DNA of 64,000 nt from assembly GCA_019115485.1 (NCBI GenBank), contig DXDM01000017.1, positions 1,789-65,788 of the forward strand, in the 5' to 3' direction. This DNA comes from Candidatus Barnesiella excrementavium (lineage in GTDB: Bacteria; Bacteroidota; Bacteroidia; Bacteroidales; Barnesiellaceae). The notes beneath the pieces are model-generated. The model had not been told where the DNA came from, did no database searches, and saw only the letters and a list, made by a program, of their open reading frames with translations. Both the position numbers and the translations under genes were made by a program. Shown one piece after another: positions 52,501 to 61,256 of this stretch (positions are counted from its first letter, which is position 1; each line of letters opens with the position of its first letter).

Positions 52501-53212
52501 CCGCGAAATGGCCTACTCGCTCTACCTGGCCGGCTTCGACGTGAAGGACGTGCACATGACCGACCTCATCAGCGGCCGCGAGACCCTCGACGACGTCAAC
52601 ATGATTGTCTACTGCGGCGGTTTCTCGAACAGCGACGTGCTGGGTTCGGCCAAAGGTTGGGCCGGAGGCTTCCTCTGGAACGAAAAGGCCAAGGCCGCAC
52701 TCGACCGCTTTTACAGCCGTCCCGACACGTTGAGTCTGGGTATCTGCAACGGCTGCCAGCTCATGGTCGAGCTGGGCTTGCTCACCCCCGACCACGAGAA
52801 GAAACCCAAGATGCTCCACAACGACTCGCACAAGTTCGAATCGGAGTTCATCGGGCTCACCATACCGCAGAACAATTCGGTGATGTTCGGCTCGCTCTCG
52901 GGCTCAAAACTGGGCATCTGGGTAGCTCACGGCGAGGGCAAGTTTGAACTGCCCTACGACAAAGAGCGCTACCACATCGTGGCCCAATATACCTACGATG
53001 CCTACCCGGCCAACCCCAACGGTTCGCCCTATGCCATCGCCGGTATCGCTTCGGCCGACGGCCGTCATCTGGCCATGATGCCCCACCTCGAACGGGCCAT
53101 CTTCCCCTGGCAATGCGGCTACTATCCCGCCGACCGCCGCAACGACGAGGTGACCCCGTGGATCGAGGCCTTTGTCAACGCCCGCAAATGGGTAGAACAG
53201 CACACCAAATAA
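49523..53212 (+). CDS. purL: Phosphoribosylformylglycinamidine synthase, single-chain large form
   Basis: 1229 aa with an N-terminal PurS-like segment, duplicated AIR-synthase-like domains (HNFPTTVEPFNGAATGTGGEIRD) and a C-terminal class-I glutaminase (LGICNGCQLM...HGEG). Confidence 0.97.
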   Translation: MVILFKTPVQNIIAVQADHDFSAEETKKLSWLFGQAEQLAQNSLPGWFVGPRKEMITPWSTNAVEITQNMGLSGITRIEEFFPVENEKAEFDKMLQRLYNGIDGQIFEIDKKPDPIVYIDDLAAYNEQEGLALSPDEINYLNELSRKIGRKLTDSEVFGFSQVNSEHCRHKIFNGVFIIDGKEKESSLFKLIKKTSEYNPNRLVSAYKDNVAFNAGPVIEQFAPVNPQQPDFFEIKDIKTVISLKAETHNFPTTVEPFNGAATGTGGEIRDRLGGGRASLPIAGTAVYMTAYPRTEEGREWEEAMPPRPWLYQTPEQILIKASNGASDFGNKFGQPLICGSLLTFEHAENGKKYAFDKVIMLAGGVGFANMRDALKGTPEPGEKVVVMGGDNYRIGMGGGAVSSVETGQYANAIELNAVQRANPEMQKRVSNVIRAMSEADENPIVSIHDHGAGGHLNALSELVEETGGVIDMSKLPVGDPTLSAKEIVGNESQERMGIVIHEQDIDRIRQIADRERAPFYVVGETTGDHRFVFQQADGVKPIDLAMDDMFGKAPRTVMTDHTVTETYEDVTYNQAQLDEYVERVLQLEAVACKDWLTNKVDRSVTGKIARQQCQGEIQLPLSDCGVVALDYRGRAGIATSIGHAPQAALVDPAAGSVLSIAEALTNIVWAPLAEGLDSVSLSANWMWPCKNEGEDARLYRAVEACSDFACSLGINIPTGKDSLSMTQKYGQDKVYSPGTVIISAGAEVSDIRKVVSSVLRTGIDSTVYYIDFSFDRLKLGGSAFAQSLNKIGKEVPTVQDSEYFAAAFNAVQELVKKELILAGHDISAGGMITTLLEMNFANTEGGLEVSLDEIPEKDLVKILFSENPGILIQVEKCDEVEKILKHAGVAFIKLARPCEERHLLIHKDGADYQFFIDHLRDVWFESSYLLDRKQSGEKAARARFLNYKEQPLQYSFAPSFTGTLAQYGISADRRTRSGVKAAIIREKGVNGDREMAYSLYLAGFDVKDVHMTDLISGRETLDDVNMIVYCGGFSNSDVLGSAKGWAGGFLWNEKAKAALDRFYSRPDTLSLGICNGCQLMVELGLLTPDHEKKPKMLHNDSHKFESEFIGLTIPQNNSVMFGSLSGSKLGIWVAHGEGKFELPYDKERYHIVAQYTYDAYPANPNGSPYAIAGIASADGRHLAMMPHLERAIFPWQCGYYPADRRNDEVTPWIEAFVNARKWVEQHTK

Positions 53213-53225
53213 CACGTATATTCCG

Positions 53226-53267
53226 CAGAGCGGGAGGGCATCGTCGCCCTCTCGCTCTGTTCATTTT
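53226..53267 (+). terminator. Terminator-like hairpin after purL
   Basis: 14-bp stem CAGAGCGGGAGGGC / GCCCTCTCGCTCTG (one G-U pair), followed by a T-rich tract. Confidence 0.65.
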
Positions 53268-53299
53268 ATCAACCACTAACCAATACCACACAGTACATT

Positions 53300-54703
53300 A
53301 TGGGAGGATTCTTTGGCACCATAAAGAAAGAGTCGTGCGTGACCGACCTCTTTTACGGTGTAGATTACAACTCGCACTTGGGCACCAAACGCGCCGGTAT
53401 CGTGACCTACGAAAACGGCGTCTTCAAACGGGCCATACACAACATCGAGAACTCATACTTCCGCTCGAAATTCGAGGCCGAACTGCCCGAGTTTTCCGGC
53501 AATTCGGGTATCGGCGTCATCAGCGACACCGACGCCCAACCCATCATCATCAGTTGCCACCTGGGCAAGTTTGCCATCGTCACCGTGGCCAAAATCAACA
53601 ACGTGGCCGAACTCGAAAAAGAGTTGCTGGCCAGCGGCAACCATTTCAGCGAACACAGCAACAACATCATCAACCAGTCGGAACTGGTCTCGATGATTAT
53701 CAGCCAGGGCAAAAACTACATCGAGGGAATCAGGCTGGTACAGGAGAAGATAAAGGGCTCCTGCTCCATGCTGCTCCTGACCGAGCAGGGCATCATCGCC
53801 GCCCGCGACAAGTATGGCCGCACCCCCATTCTGGTGGGACGGGGCGAAAACGGATATGCCGTGTCGTCGGAGACTTGCAGCTTCCCCAACCTGGGCTATG
53901 AACTCTGCTACGACATACGTCCCGGCGAAATCGTACGCCTCACCGCCGACGGCTATGAGACCCTGGCCCAACCCGGCAAAAAGATGCAGATATGCTCATT
54001 CCTGTGGGTCTACTACGGCTATCCCGCCTGCGAATACGAAGGGAAGAATGTCGAGGAGATGCGTTTCCACACCGGTTTCGAGATGGGCAAGAACGACGAC
54101 ATCGAGGCCGACTTCGTGTCGGGTATCCCCGACTCGGGCGTAGGCATGGCGCTGGGCTATGCCGTGGGCAAACAGATACCCTACCGTCGCGGTATCGTCA
54201 AATACACCCCCACCTGGCCCCGCAGCTTCACCCCGTCGAACCAGGCCATGCGCGAACTGGTGGCCAAGATGAAACTGATTCCCAACAAAACGGTGCTCAA
54301 CGGCAAGCGGGTGGTATTCTGCGACGACTCCATCGTACGGGGCACCCAGTTGCGCGACAACGTGTCGGACCTCTACCGCTACGGAGCCAAGGAGGTGCAC
54401 ATGCGCATCAGCTGTCCTCCCCTGCTCTACCCCTGCAAGTTCCTCAACTTCACCGCCTCGAAAAGCGAAATGGAGCTCATCACCCGACGCACCATCGCCG
54501 AACTCGAAGGCGACCCCGACAAGAACATCGAGGCCTACGCCCGCACCGGCTCGCCTCAATACAACTGCATGGTCAACTGCATCTGCAAGAAACTGAAAAT
54601 TACATCACTCAAATTCAACCCGTTGGAGACACTCGTCGAATCGATAGGTCTGCCCAAAGAGTGTATCTGTACCCATTGCTTCGACGGCAGCAGCTACGAA
54701 TAA
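53300..54703 (+). CDS. purF: Amidophosphoribosyltransferase homologue with non-canonical glutaminase N-terminus (Cys1 replaced by Gly)
   Basis: 467 aa with an intact PRTase PRPP loop (VVFCDDSIVRGTQL) and Fe-S-type Cys positions (ICSFLWVYYGYP, CPPLLYPC, CTHCFDG). The N-terminus is MGGFFG... instead of MCG[IV]xG, and SHLGTK replaces QHRGQ[DE]. Confidence 0.88.
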   Translation: MGGFFGTIKKESCVTDLFYGVDYNSHLGTKRAGIVTYENGVFKRAIHNIENSYFRSKFEAELPEFSGNSGIGVISDTDAQPIIISCHLGKFAIVTVAKINNVAELEKELLASGNHFSEHSNNIINQSELVSMIISQGKNYIEGIRLVQEKIKGSCSMLLLTEQGIIAARDKYGRTPILVGRGENGYAVSSETCSFPNLGYELCYDIRPGEIVRLTADGYETLAQPGKKMQICSFLWVYYGYPACEYEGKNVEEMRFHTGFEMGKNDDIEADFVSGIPDSGVGMALGYAVGKQIPYRRGIVKYTPTWPRSFTPSNQAMRELVAKMKLIPNKTVLNGKRVVFCDDSIVRGTQLRDNVSDLYRYGAKEVHMRISCPPLLYPCKFLNFTASKSEMELITRRTIAELEGDPDKNIEAYARTGSPQYNCMVNCICKKLKITSLKFNPLETLVESIGLPKECICTHCFDGSSYE

Positions 54704-54731
54704 CCGCAGCCCGGCGGGCTCACCCTCTAAA

Positions 54732-54785
54732 CCTCTATACCACCGACCGATACCCCGCTATCGCATCGGGATATGGAGGTTTTTT
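54732..54785 (+). terminator. Terminator-like structure after purF
   Basis: The outer stem CCTCTATACC / GATATGGAGG encloses an inner CCGAT...ATCGG stem and is followed by T6. Confidence 0.55.
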
Positions 54786-54818
54786 CGGCTAAAAGATTGA
54801 TAATAACAATCATTTTTG

Positions 54819-54826
54819 TAATTTTG
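54819..54826 (+). promoter_or_regulatory. -7 box TAATTTTG for etfB-etfA
   Basis: Exact TAnnTTTG, 66 nt upstream of ATG 54893. Confidence 0.4.
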
Positions 54827-54892
54827 CAAGTCAGCAATAAAACGACACAAAAACATACGAATATTTATAAAACATAAATCTCACATTAAATT

Positions 54893-55765
54893 ATGAGTCT
54901 TAAAATCGTAGTATTGGCCAAACAAGTGCCCGATACCAGAAATGTGGGGAAAGATGCCATGAAAGAGGACGGAACCATCAACCGCGCCGCTCTGCCCGCT
55001 ATCTTCAACCCCGAAGATTTGAATGCCTTGGAACAGGCTCTGCAACTGAAAGAACAGAATCCGGGTTCAACGATTACCCTGCTCACGATGGGTCCTCCCC
55101 GTGCGGCCGAGATTATCCGCGAAGGTCTCTTCCGCGGTGCCGACGGTGGTATTGTGCTCACCGACCGCGCTTTCGCCGGAGCCGATACGCTGGCTACCTC
55201 TTACGCCCTCTCTTGCGCAGTGCGTAAAATCAAAGACTACGACATCATCTTGGGCGGTCGCCAGGCCATCGACGGCGATACGGCACAGGTAGGTCCCCAG
55301 GTGGCCGAGAAACTGGGTATCCCCCAAGTGACCTATGCCGAGCAGATACTCAAAATCGAGAACGGCAAAGCAACCGTGAAACGCCGTCTCGAACGGGGTG
55401 TAGAGACCGTTGTGGTACCTCTGCCCGCCGTGATTACCGTAAACGGTTCGGCCGACGAATGCCGTCCCCGCAACGCCAAACTCGTGCAACGTTACAAATA
55501 CGCCAAGACACCCAGCGAAAAACAAGGTCTCAGCGAAGAGTGCCTCAAACTCTATGAGCAACGCCCTGCCCTGAACCTCTATGAATGGAGCGTAAACGAC
55601 GTCGATGCCGACCTCTCGCAGGTAGGTCTCGCCGGCTCGCCCACCAAGGTGAAGGCCGTACAAAACGTGGTATTCCAAGCCAAAGAAAGCAAGCAGCTCA
55701 CGGCAGCCGACAACGAAATCGAAGACCTCGTAAAAGAGTTGATCGCCAATCACACCATTGGTTAA
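54893..55765 (+). CDS. etfB: Electron transfer flavoprotein subunit beta
   Basis: 290 aa starting MSLKIVVLAKQVPDT..., with LTMGPPRAAE and GRQAIDGDTAQVGPQVAEKLGIPQVTY. Confidence 0.93.
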   Translation: MSLKIVVLAKQVPDTRNVGKDAMKEDGTINRAALPAIFNPEDLNALEQALQLKEQNPGSTITLLTMGPPRAAEIIREGLFRGADGGIVLTDRAFAGADTLATSYALSCAVRKIKDYDIILGGRQAIDGDTAQVGPQVAEKLGIPQVTYAEQILKIENGKATVKRRLERGVETVVVPLPAVITVNGSADECRPRNAKLVQRYKYAKTPSEKQGLSEECLKLYEQRPALNLYEWSVNDVDADLSQVGLAGSPTKVKAVQNVVFQAKESKQLTAADNEIEDLVKELIANHTIG

Positions 55766-55799
55766 TGCCCGTGTACTATGAACTAAAAAACTAACGATT

Positions 55800-56819
55800 A
55801 TGAACAATCTGATTGTATATTGCGAAATAGAAGACGGCATTATCGCCGACGTGAGCCTCGAACTGCTCACCAAAGGTCGTTCGTTGGCCAATCAACTCAA
55901 TTGTAAACTCGAAGCGCTCGTCATCGGCAGCAACCTCGACGGCGTGGAGAAACAGGTGTTCCCCTACGGAGTCGACACGGTCTATACCGTCGATGATCCC
56001 CGCCTCTATCCCTACACCTCGATTCCCCACACCTCGGTACTGGTTCACCTGTTCAAGGAGCAGAAACCCCAGGTGTGCCTGATGGGTGCTACCAGCATCG
56101 GCCGCGACCTGGGTCCGCGCGTATCGTCGTCGCTCCACAGCGGTCTGACAGCCGACTGTACGGCTCTCGAAATCGGCCCGCACGAGGACAAGAAAAACAA
56201 CAAAACCTACGAAAACCTGTTGTACCAAATCCGTCCCGCCTTCGGTGGTAACATCGTAGCTACGATTGTAAACCCCGAGTGCCGTCCGCAAATGGCTACC
56301 GTACGCGAGGGTGTGATGAAGAAAGAGATCTACGACCCCAACTACAAAGGCGAGGTGGTTAAACTCGACCCGAAAAAATATGTGGCCGATACCGACTTCG
56401 TAGTCGAGGTTATCGACCGCCAGATGGAGAAATCGAAAGCCAACATCAAGGGTGCCTCGATTATCGTAGCCGGTGGTTACGGTATGGGCTCGAAGGAGAA
56501 CTTCGACATGCTGTTCGACCTGGCCGCCACGCTGGGTGCCGAGGTAGGAGCTTCGCGTGCCGCCGTCGATGCCGGTTTTGTAGAACACGACCGTCAAATC
56601 GGCCAAACGGGTGTAACGGTACGTCCCAAACTCTATATCGCTTGCGGTATCTCGGGACAGATACAGCACATCGCCGGCATGCAGGACAGCTCGATCATCA
56701 TCTCGATCAACAGCGATCCCAACGCACCTATCAACTCGATAGCCGACTATGTAATCACCGGTACGGTAGAAGATGTAGTTCCCAAACTCATTAAATACTA
56801 CAAGAAGAACTCCAAATAA
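55800..56819 (+). CDS. etfA: Electron transfer flavoprotein subunit alpha
   Basis: 339 aa with the C-terminal FAD-binding block (VGASRAAVDAGF...QIGQTG..V.PKLYIACGISGQIQH..G). Confidence 0.93.
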   Translation: MNNLIVYCEIEDGIIADVSLELLTKGRSLANQLNCKLEALVIGSNLDGVEKQVFPYGVDTVYTVDDPRLYPYTSIPHTSVLVHLFKEQKPQVCLMGATSIGRDLGPRVSSSLHSGLTADCTALEIGPHEDKKNNKTYENLLYQIRPAFGGNIVATIVNPECRPQMATVREGVMKKEIYDPNYKGEVVKLDPKKYVADTDFVVEVIDRQMEKSKANIKGASIIVAGGYGMGSKENFDMLFDLAATLGAEVGASRAAVDAGFVEHDRQIGQTGVTVRPKLYIACGISGQIQHIAGMQDSSIIISINSDPNAPINSIADYVITGTVEDVVPKLIKYYKKNSK

Positions 56820-56923
56820 TCGCACACGCTACCACCATAGACGTGCCGATGGAAAACCCGCGGCCGAAGATGGCCCGGGAAAAAGGAGTTTTCATTTCAT
56901 TTATGAAAAAGTAAACACAGAAT

Positions 56924-58627
56924 ATGGCTAATTTCTTTTTAGACAACAGTGATCTGAAACATCACTTGCACCACCCGCTCATGGAAAAGCTGGTGGCCTT
57001 ACGGGAACGGAACTACTCCGATGCCGAAAAATATGACTATGCGCCCTTCAACTTCGAGGACGCCATGGACAGTTACGAAAAGGTGCTCGAAATCGCCGGT
57101 GAAATCAGTGGCGAAATCGTTGCCGCCAACGCCGAAGACGTAGACCACGAAGGTCCCCACGTAGTCGACGGCCACGTAGTATATGCCCAAGGCACGCAGA
57201 AGAACCTCGACGCCCTGGTAAAAGCCGGGCTGATGGGTATCTCGATGCCCCGCCGCTACAACGGACTCAACTTCTCGCTGGTGCCCTACATCATGGCTGC
57301 CGATATGGTGAGCCGCGCCGATGCCGGATTCGTCAATATCTGGGGTCTGCAAGACTGCGCCGAGACCATCTACGAATTTGCCAGCGAAGAACAGAAACAG
57401 AAATATCTGCCCCGCGTATGCGCCGGCGAGACGATGGCCATGGACCTGACCGAACCCGACGCCGGTTCGGACCTGCAAGCCGTCATGCTCAAAGCCACAT
57501 ACAGCGAAGCCGACGGCTGCTGGTATCTGAACGGTGTGAAGCGTTTCATCACCAACGGCGACGGTAATATCGCCCTCGTACTGGCCCGTTCGGAAGAGGG
57601 AACCAAAGACGGCCGTGGATTGTCGATGTTCATCTACGACCGCAACAGCGGTGGCGTAACGGTTCGCCGCATCGAGAACAAGATGGGTATCAAAGGCTCT
57701 CCTACCTGCGAACTCGTATTCAAGAACGCCAAAGCCGAGCTTTGCGGCAGCCGCAAGCTGGGTCTGATCAAATATGTAATGGCCCTGATGAACGGAGCCC
57801 GTCTGGGTATCGCCGCCCAATCGGTAGGTGTGTCGGAGGCCGCTTACCGCGAGGCCATCGCCTACGCCCGCGACCGCAAGCAGTTCGGCAAAGCCATCAT
57901 CGAGTTCCCCGCCGTGTACGAGATGATTTCGCTGATGAAAGCCAAACTCGACGCATCGCGTTCGCTCCTCTACGAGACGACCCGCTTCGTCGACCTGTAC
58001 AAGACCTACGAGGACATTGCCAAAGAGCGTTCGCTCGAACCCGAAGAGCGTGCCGAGATGAAGGCCTACCAGAAACTGGCCGATGCCTTCACGCCCCTGG
58101 CCAAAGGCATGTCGAGCGAGTTCTGTAACCAGAACGCCTACGACTGCGTGCAGGTACACGGTGGCTCGGGCTTCATGAAAGACTATGCCTGCGAGCGTAT
58201 CTACCGCGATGCCCGCATCACCTCGATTTACGAAGGTACCACCCAGTTGCAGGTCGTAGCCGCTATCCGCCACGTCACCACCGGCACCTTCCTCCACCAG
58301 ATCGAAGCCTACGAGGCTGCCACCATCGCACCCGAACTGGAACCGCTGCGCGACCGCCTCAAAGCCATGAAAGAGGCCTATGTAAAAGCAGTTGAATCGG
58401 TTACCGAAACCAAAGACAACGAATACATCGACTTCCAGGCTCGCCGCATGGTCGAGATGGCCGGTCACATCATCATGGGTCACCTGCTGCTCGCCGACAC
58501 CACGCGCAACGAATCGTTCCGTCACTCGGCCGAGGTTTACATCAACTTCGGTGAGGCCGAGGTAGCCAAACACGCTGCCTTTATCGCCCACTTCAAACCC
58601 GAGATGATGGCCGACTACCGCAAGTAA
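56924..58627 (+). CDS. Acyl-CoA dehydrogenase (long form with C-terminal extension)
   Basis: 567 aa with ACAD middle and C-terminal domain blocks (MDLTEPDAGSDL, RIENKMGIKGSPTCEL, GGSGFMKDYACERIYRDARITSIYEGTTQLQ). Confidence 0.92.
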   Translation: MANFFLDNSDLKHHLHHPLMEKLVALRERNYSDAEKYDYAPFNFEDAMDSYEKVLEIAGEISGEIVAANAEDVDHEGPHVVDGHVVYAQGTQKNLDALVKAGLMGISMPRRYNGLNFSLVPYIMAADMVSRADAGFVNIWGLQDCAETIYEFASEEQKQKYLPRVCAGETMAMDLTEPDAGSDLQAVMLKATYSEADGCWYLNGVKRFITNGDGNIALVLARSEEGTKDGRGLSMFIYDRNSGGVTVRRIENKMGIKGSPTCELVFKNAKAELCGSRKLGLIKYVMALMNGARLGIAAQSVGVSEAAYREAIAYARDRKQFGKAIIEFPAVYEMISLMKAKLDASRSLLYETTRFVDLYKTYEDIAKERSLEPEERAEMKAYQKLADAFTPLAKGMSSEFCNQNAYDCVQVHGGSGFMKDYACERIYRDARITSIYEGTTQLQVVAAIRHVTTGTFLHQIEAYEAATIAPELEPLRDRLKAMKEAYVKAVESVTETKDNEYIDFQARRMVEMAGHIIMGHLLLADTTRNESFRHSAEVYINFGEAEVAKHAAFIAHFKPEMMADYRK

Positions 58628-58650
58628 TACGAGTATTTTCACTCCATAAG

Positions 58651-58690
58651 GACGAGGCTTCTCCCCGTTGGGGAGAGGTCTCGTCTTTTT
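58651..58690 (+). terminator. Rho-independent terminator after the acyl-CoA dehydrogenase gene
   Basis: Stem GACGAGGCTTCTCCCC / GGGGAGAGGTCTCGTC with loop GTT, followed by T5. Confidence 0.75.
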
Positions 58691-58843
58691 ATTATCTCCC
58701 GCGTCATTCCGCGCTACGACGCGGAATCCAGGAATACCAACCCAGAAAATACCATTTTCCCTACTCAAAGAATTTGGAATAATTTTAAACTGTATCTGCC
58801 CACGAATTGTTATCTTTATCACCCGATTACAAACAACGACGAT

Positions 58844-60220
58844 ATGACCACACACGACTATCACCACCTGGTAAATCAGCAGAAAGCATTCTTCAACGAA
58901 CATATTACCCGCGAAATCCCCTTCCGGCTGTGTGCCCTCGACCGCCTGGCCGAAGGTATCGCGACCCGGGAAAAACAACTGAACGAAGCGTTGCAGGCCG
59001 ACATGGGCAAGTCGCCCTTCGAGAGCTATGTGACCGAAATCGGAATCCTCCTGCACGAGATACGCATAGCCAAGAACAACCTGCAAAGCTGGGCCCGCGA
59101 CCGCCGTCGCCCCACCCCGCTCTTCCTCTTCGGGACCAGGAGCCACATACACTACGAACCCTACGGGTGTGTGCTCATCATCGCCCCCTGGAACTATCCG
59201 CTGCAACTGGCCCTGTCGCCGTTGGTGGGTGCCATCGCGGCGGGTAACTGCGCCCTCATCAAACCCTCGGGCGAGGCACCTCACACCGCACAGGCCTTGC
59301 AGGAACTCATCGGCGAATGTTTCGAAGAGGAGTATATCGCCGTAGCCGACGGTCGGCGCGAGACCACCGAAGAGCTGTTGCAGGAGCGGTTCGACTACAT
59401 CTTCTATACCGGCGGCGTGGAGTACGGACGTCACATCATGCAGGCGGCGGCCCGGTACCTCACCCCCATCACCCTCGAACTGGGGGGCAAAAGTCCCTGC
59501 ATCGTCGACGACGACGCCCATCTGCCCACGGCTGCCCGACGCATCGTCTGGGGCAAATTCATCAACTGCGGACAGACCTGCGTAGCCCCCGACTACCTGC
59601 TGGTGCACAGCCGGGTAGAGTCGCGCCTCATCGAGCTGATGCGCCGCGAGATTGTACACCTCTACGGCGAAGACCCGCAACACAACCCCGACTATTCACG
59701 CATCGTCAACGAGCGACATTTCGAGCGCCTGGCCGCCCTCCTCTCCCACGGTACCCCGCTCTGCGGCGGCACCTGCGACCCGGCCGACCGCTACATAGCC
59801 CCTACGCTGCTCACCGACATCGATCCGCAATCGCCGCTGCTCACCGATGAGATTTTCGGACCCATACTTCCCGTCATGCCGTTCGACGACATCGACGACT
59901 GTGTCGAGTATATCAACCAACGCGAAAAACCACTGGCCCTCTACTACTTTACCCGCAGCCGTAAACGGGCCCGCTACATGATACAGCACACCTCGTCGGG
60001 CGGTGCCTGCATCAACGACACCGTCATGCAGATAGCCAACGGCCACCTGCCCTTCGGCGGCATCGGCAACAGTGGTATGGGTGCCTATCACGGCCACACC
60101 AGTTTCGAGACATTCAGCCACCAGCGCAGCGTCGTCACCTCGAACCAGCGGCTTTATTCCGAATTTCGCTTCCCGCCTTACGGCAACAAACTGAAATGGC
60201 TCAAACGGATTTTGAAATAA
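58844..60220 (+). CDS. NAD(P)-dependent aldehyde dehydrogenase (ALDH3-like)
   Basis: 458 aa with catalytic Glu (LELGGKSP) and Cys (NCGQTCVAPDY) motifs. Confidence 0.92.
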   Translation: MTTHDYHHLVNQQKAFFNEHITREIPFRLCALDRLAEGIATREKQLNEALQADMGKSPFESYVTEIGILLHEIRIAKNNLQSWARDRRRPTPLFLFGTRSHIHYEPYGCVLIIAPWNYPLQLALSPLVGAIAAGNCALIKPSGEAPHTAQALQELIGECFEEEYIAVADGRRETTEELLQERFDYIFYTGGVEYGRHIMQAAARYLTPITLELGGKSPCIVDDDAHLPTAARRIVWGKFINCGQTCVAPDYLLVHSRVESRLIELMRREIVHLYGEDPQHNPDYSRIVNERHFERLAALLSHGTPLCGGTCDPADRYIAPTLLTDIDPQSPLLTDEIFGPILPVMPFDDIDDCVEYINQREKPLALYYFTRSRKRARYMIQHTSSGGACINDTVMQIANGHLPFGGIGNSGMGAYHGHTSFETFSHQRSVVTSNQRLYSEFRFPPYGNKLKWLKRILK

Positions 60221-60373
60221 GCAGATACAGAAAGATATACCCCTGTTGTTCAGCCTGATAATTTTTTCAGATTAACTTATCTGCACGGATTCTTTATGAA
60301 CGTTTTCATTTAAGAAAACCTAACGGAAGGCGGAAAACGTTGTTTCCCGCTTGTTTCTGAGTACCTCTTTTTT

Positions 60374-60381
60374 TATCTTTG
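60374..60381 (+). promoter_or_regulatory. -7 box TATCTTTG for nfo(-cysK)
   Basis: Exact TAnnTTTG, 26 nt upstream of ATG 60408. Confidence 0.4.
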
Positions 60382-60407
60382 GATATGATAATTATACAAC
60401 CCACCAT

Positions 60408-61256
60408 ATGAAATACATAGGAGCTCATGTCAGTGCCTCGGGAGGTGTAGAAAACGCCCCCGTAAACGCGCACGCCATCGGAGCGAAAGCTTTCGCTCTA
60501 TTCACCAAGAACCAACGGCAATGGCAATCGCCACCGCTGTCGGAGAAGAGCATACAAGCATTCCGGGAACGCTGCGAGGAGTATGGATTTGCCCCCGAAC
60601 ACATCTTGCCGCACGACAGCTACCTCATCAACCTGGGGCACCCGCAGGAAGAGGGGCTGGCCAAAAGCCGGGCGGCTTTCCTCGACGAGATGCAGCGCTG
60701 CGAGCAACTGGGTCTGAAACTGCTGAACTTCCACCCGGGCAGTCACCTGAAAGAGATTTCAGTGGACGAGTGCCTGTCGCGTATCGCCGAGTCGATAAAC
60801 CGGACTCTCGAAAAGACCCAGGGGGTCACCGCCGTCATCGAAAACACCGCCGGACAGGGCAGCAACGTGGGATTCCAGTTCGAGCACCTGGCGGCTATCA
60901 TCGACCAGGTAGAGGACAAAAGCCGCGTGGGAGTATGCATCGACTCGTGTCATGCCTTTGCCGGGGGATACGACCTGGCTACGGCCGAGGGGTATGAGCA
61001 GACGTGGAAGGAGTTCGACCGGATAATCGGATTCCACTACCTGCGGGGCATGCACCTGAACGACGCCAAGAAGGGGTTGAACTCGCGGGTCGACCGCCAC
61101 GACAGTCTGGGAGCCGGCGTGCTGGGCATCGGCTTCTTCGAGCGCCTCATGCAAGACCCGCGCTTCGACAACATTCCGCTCATTCTCGAAACACCCGACG
61201 AAAGCCTTTGGCCGCAAGAGATCAGCCGTCTCTACGAATTGGCGGCCGCCCGATAG
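60408..61256 (+). CDS. nfo: Deoxyribonuclease IV (endonuclease IV)
   Basis: 282 aa from ATG 60408, starting [13 protein letters not shown]..., with [23 protein letters not shown], and [15 protein letters not shown]...DRHD..G.G. Confidence 0.93.
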   Translation: MKYIGAHVSASGGVENAPVNAHAIGAKAFALFTKNQRQWQSPPLSEKSIQAFRERCEEYGFAPEHILPHDSYLINLGHPQEEGLAKSRAAFLDEMQRCEQLGLKLLNFHPGSHLKEISVDECLSRIAESINRTLEKTQGVTAVIENTAGQGSNVGFQFEHLAAIIDQVEDKSRVGVCIDSCHAFAGGYDLATAEGYEQTWKEFDRIIGFHYLRGMHLNDAKKGLNSRVDRHDSLGAGVLGIGFFERLMQDPRFDNIPLILETPDESLWPQEISRLYELAAAR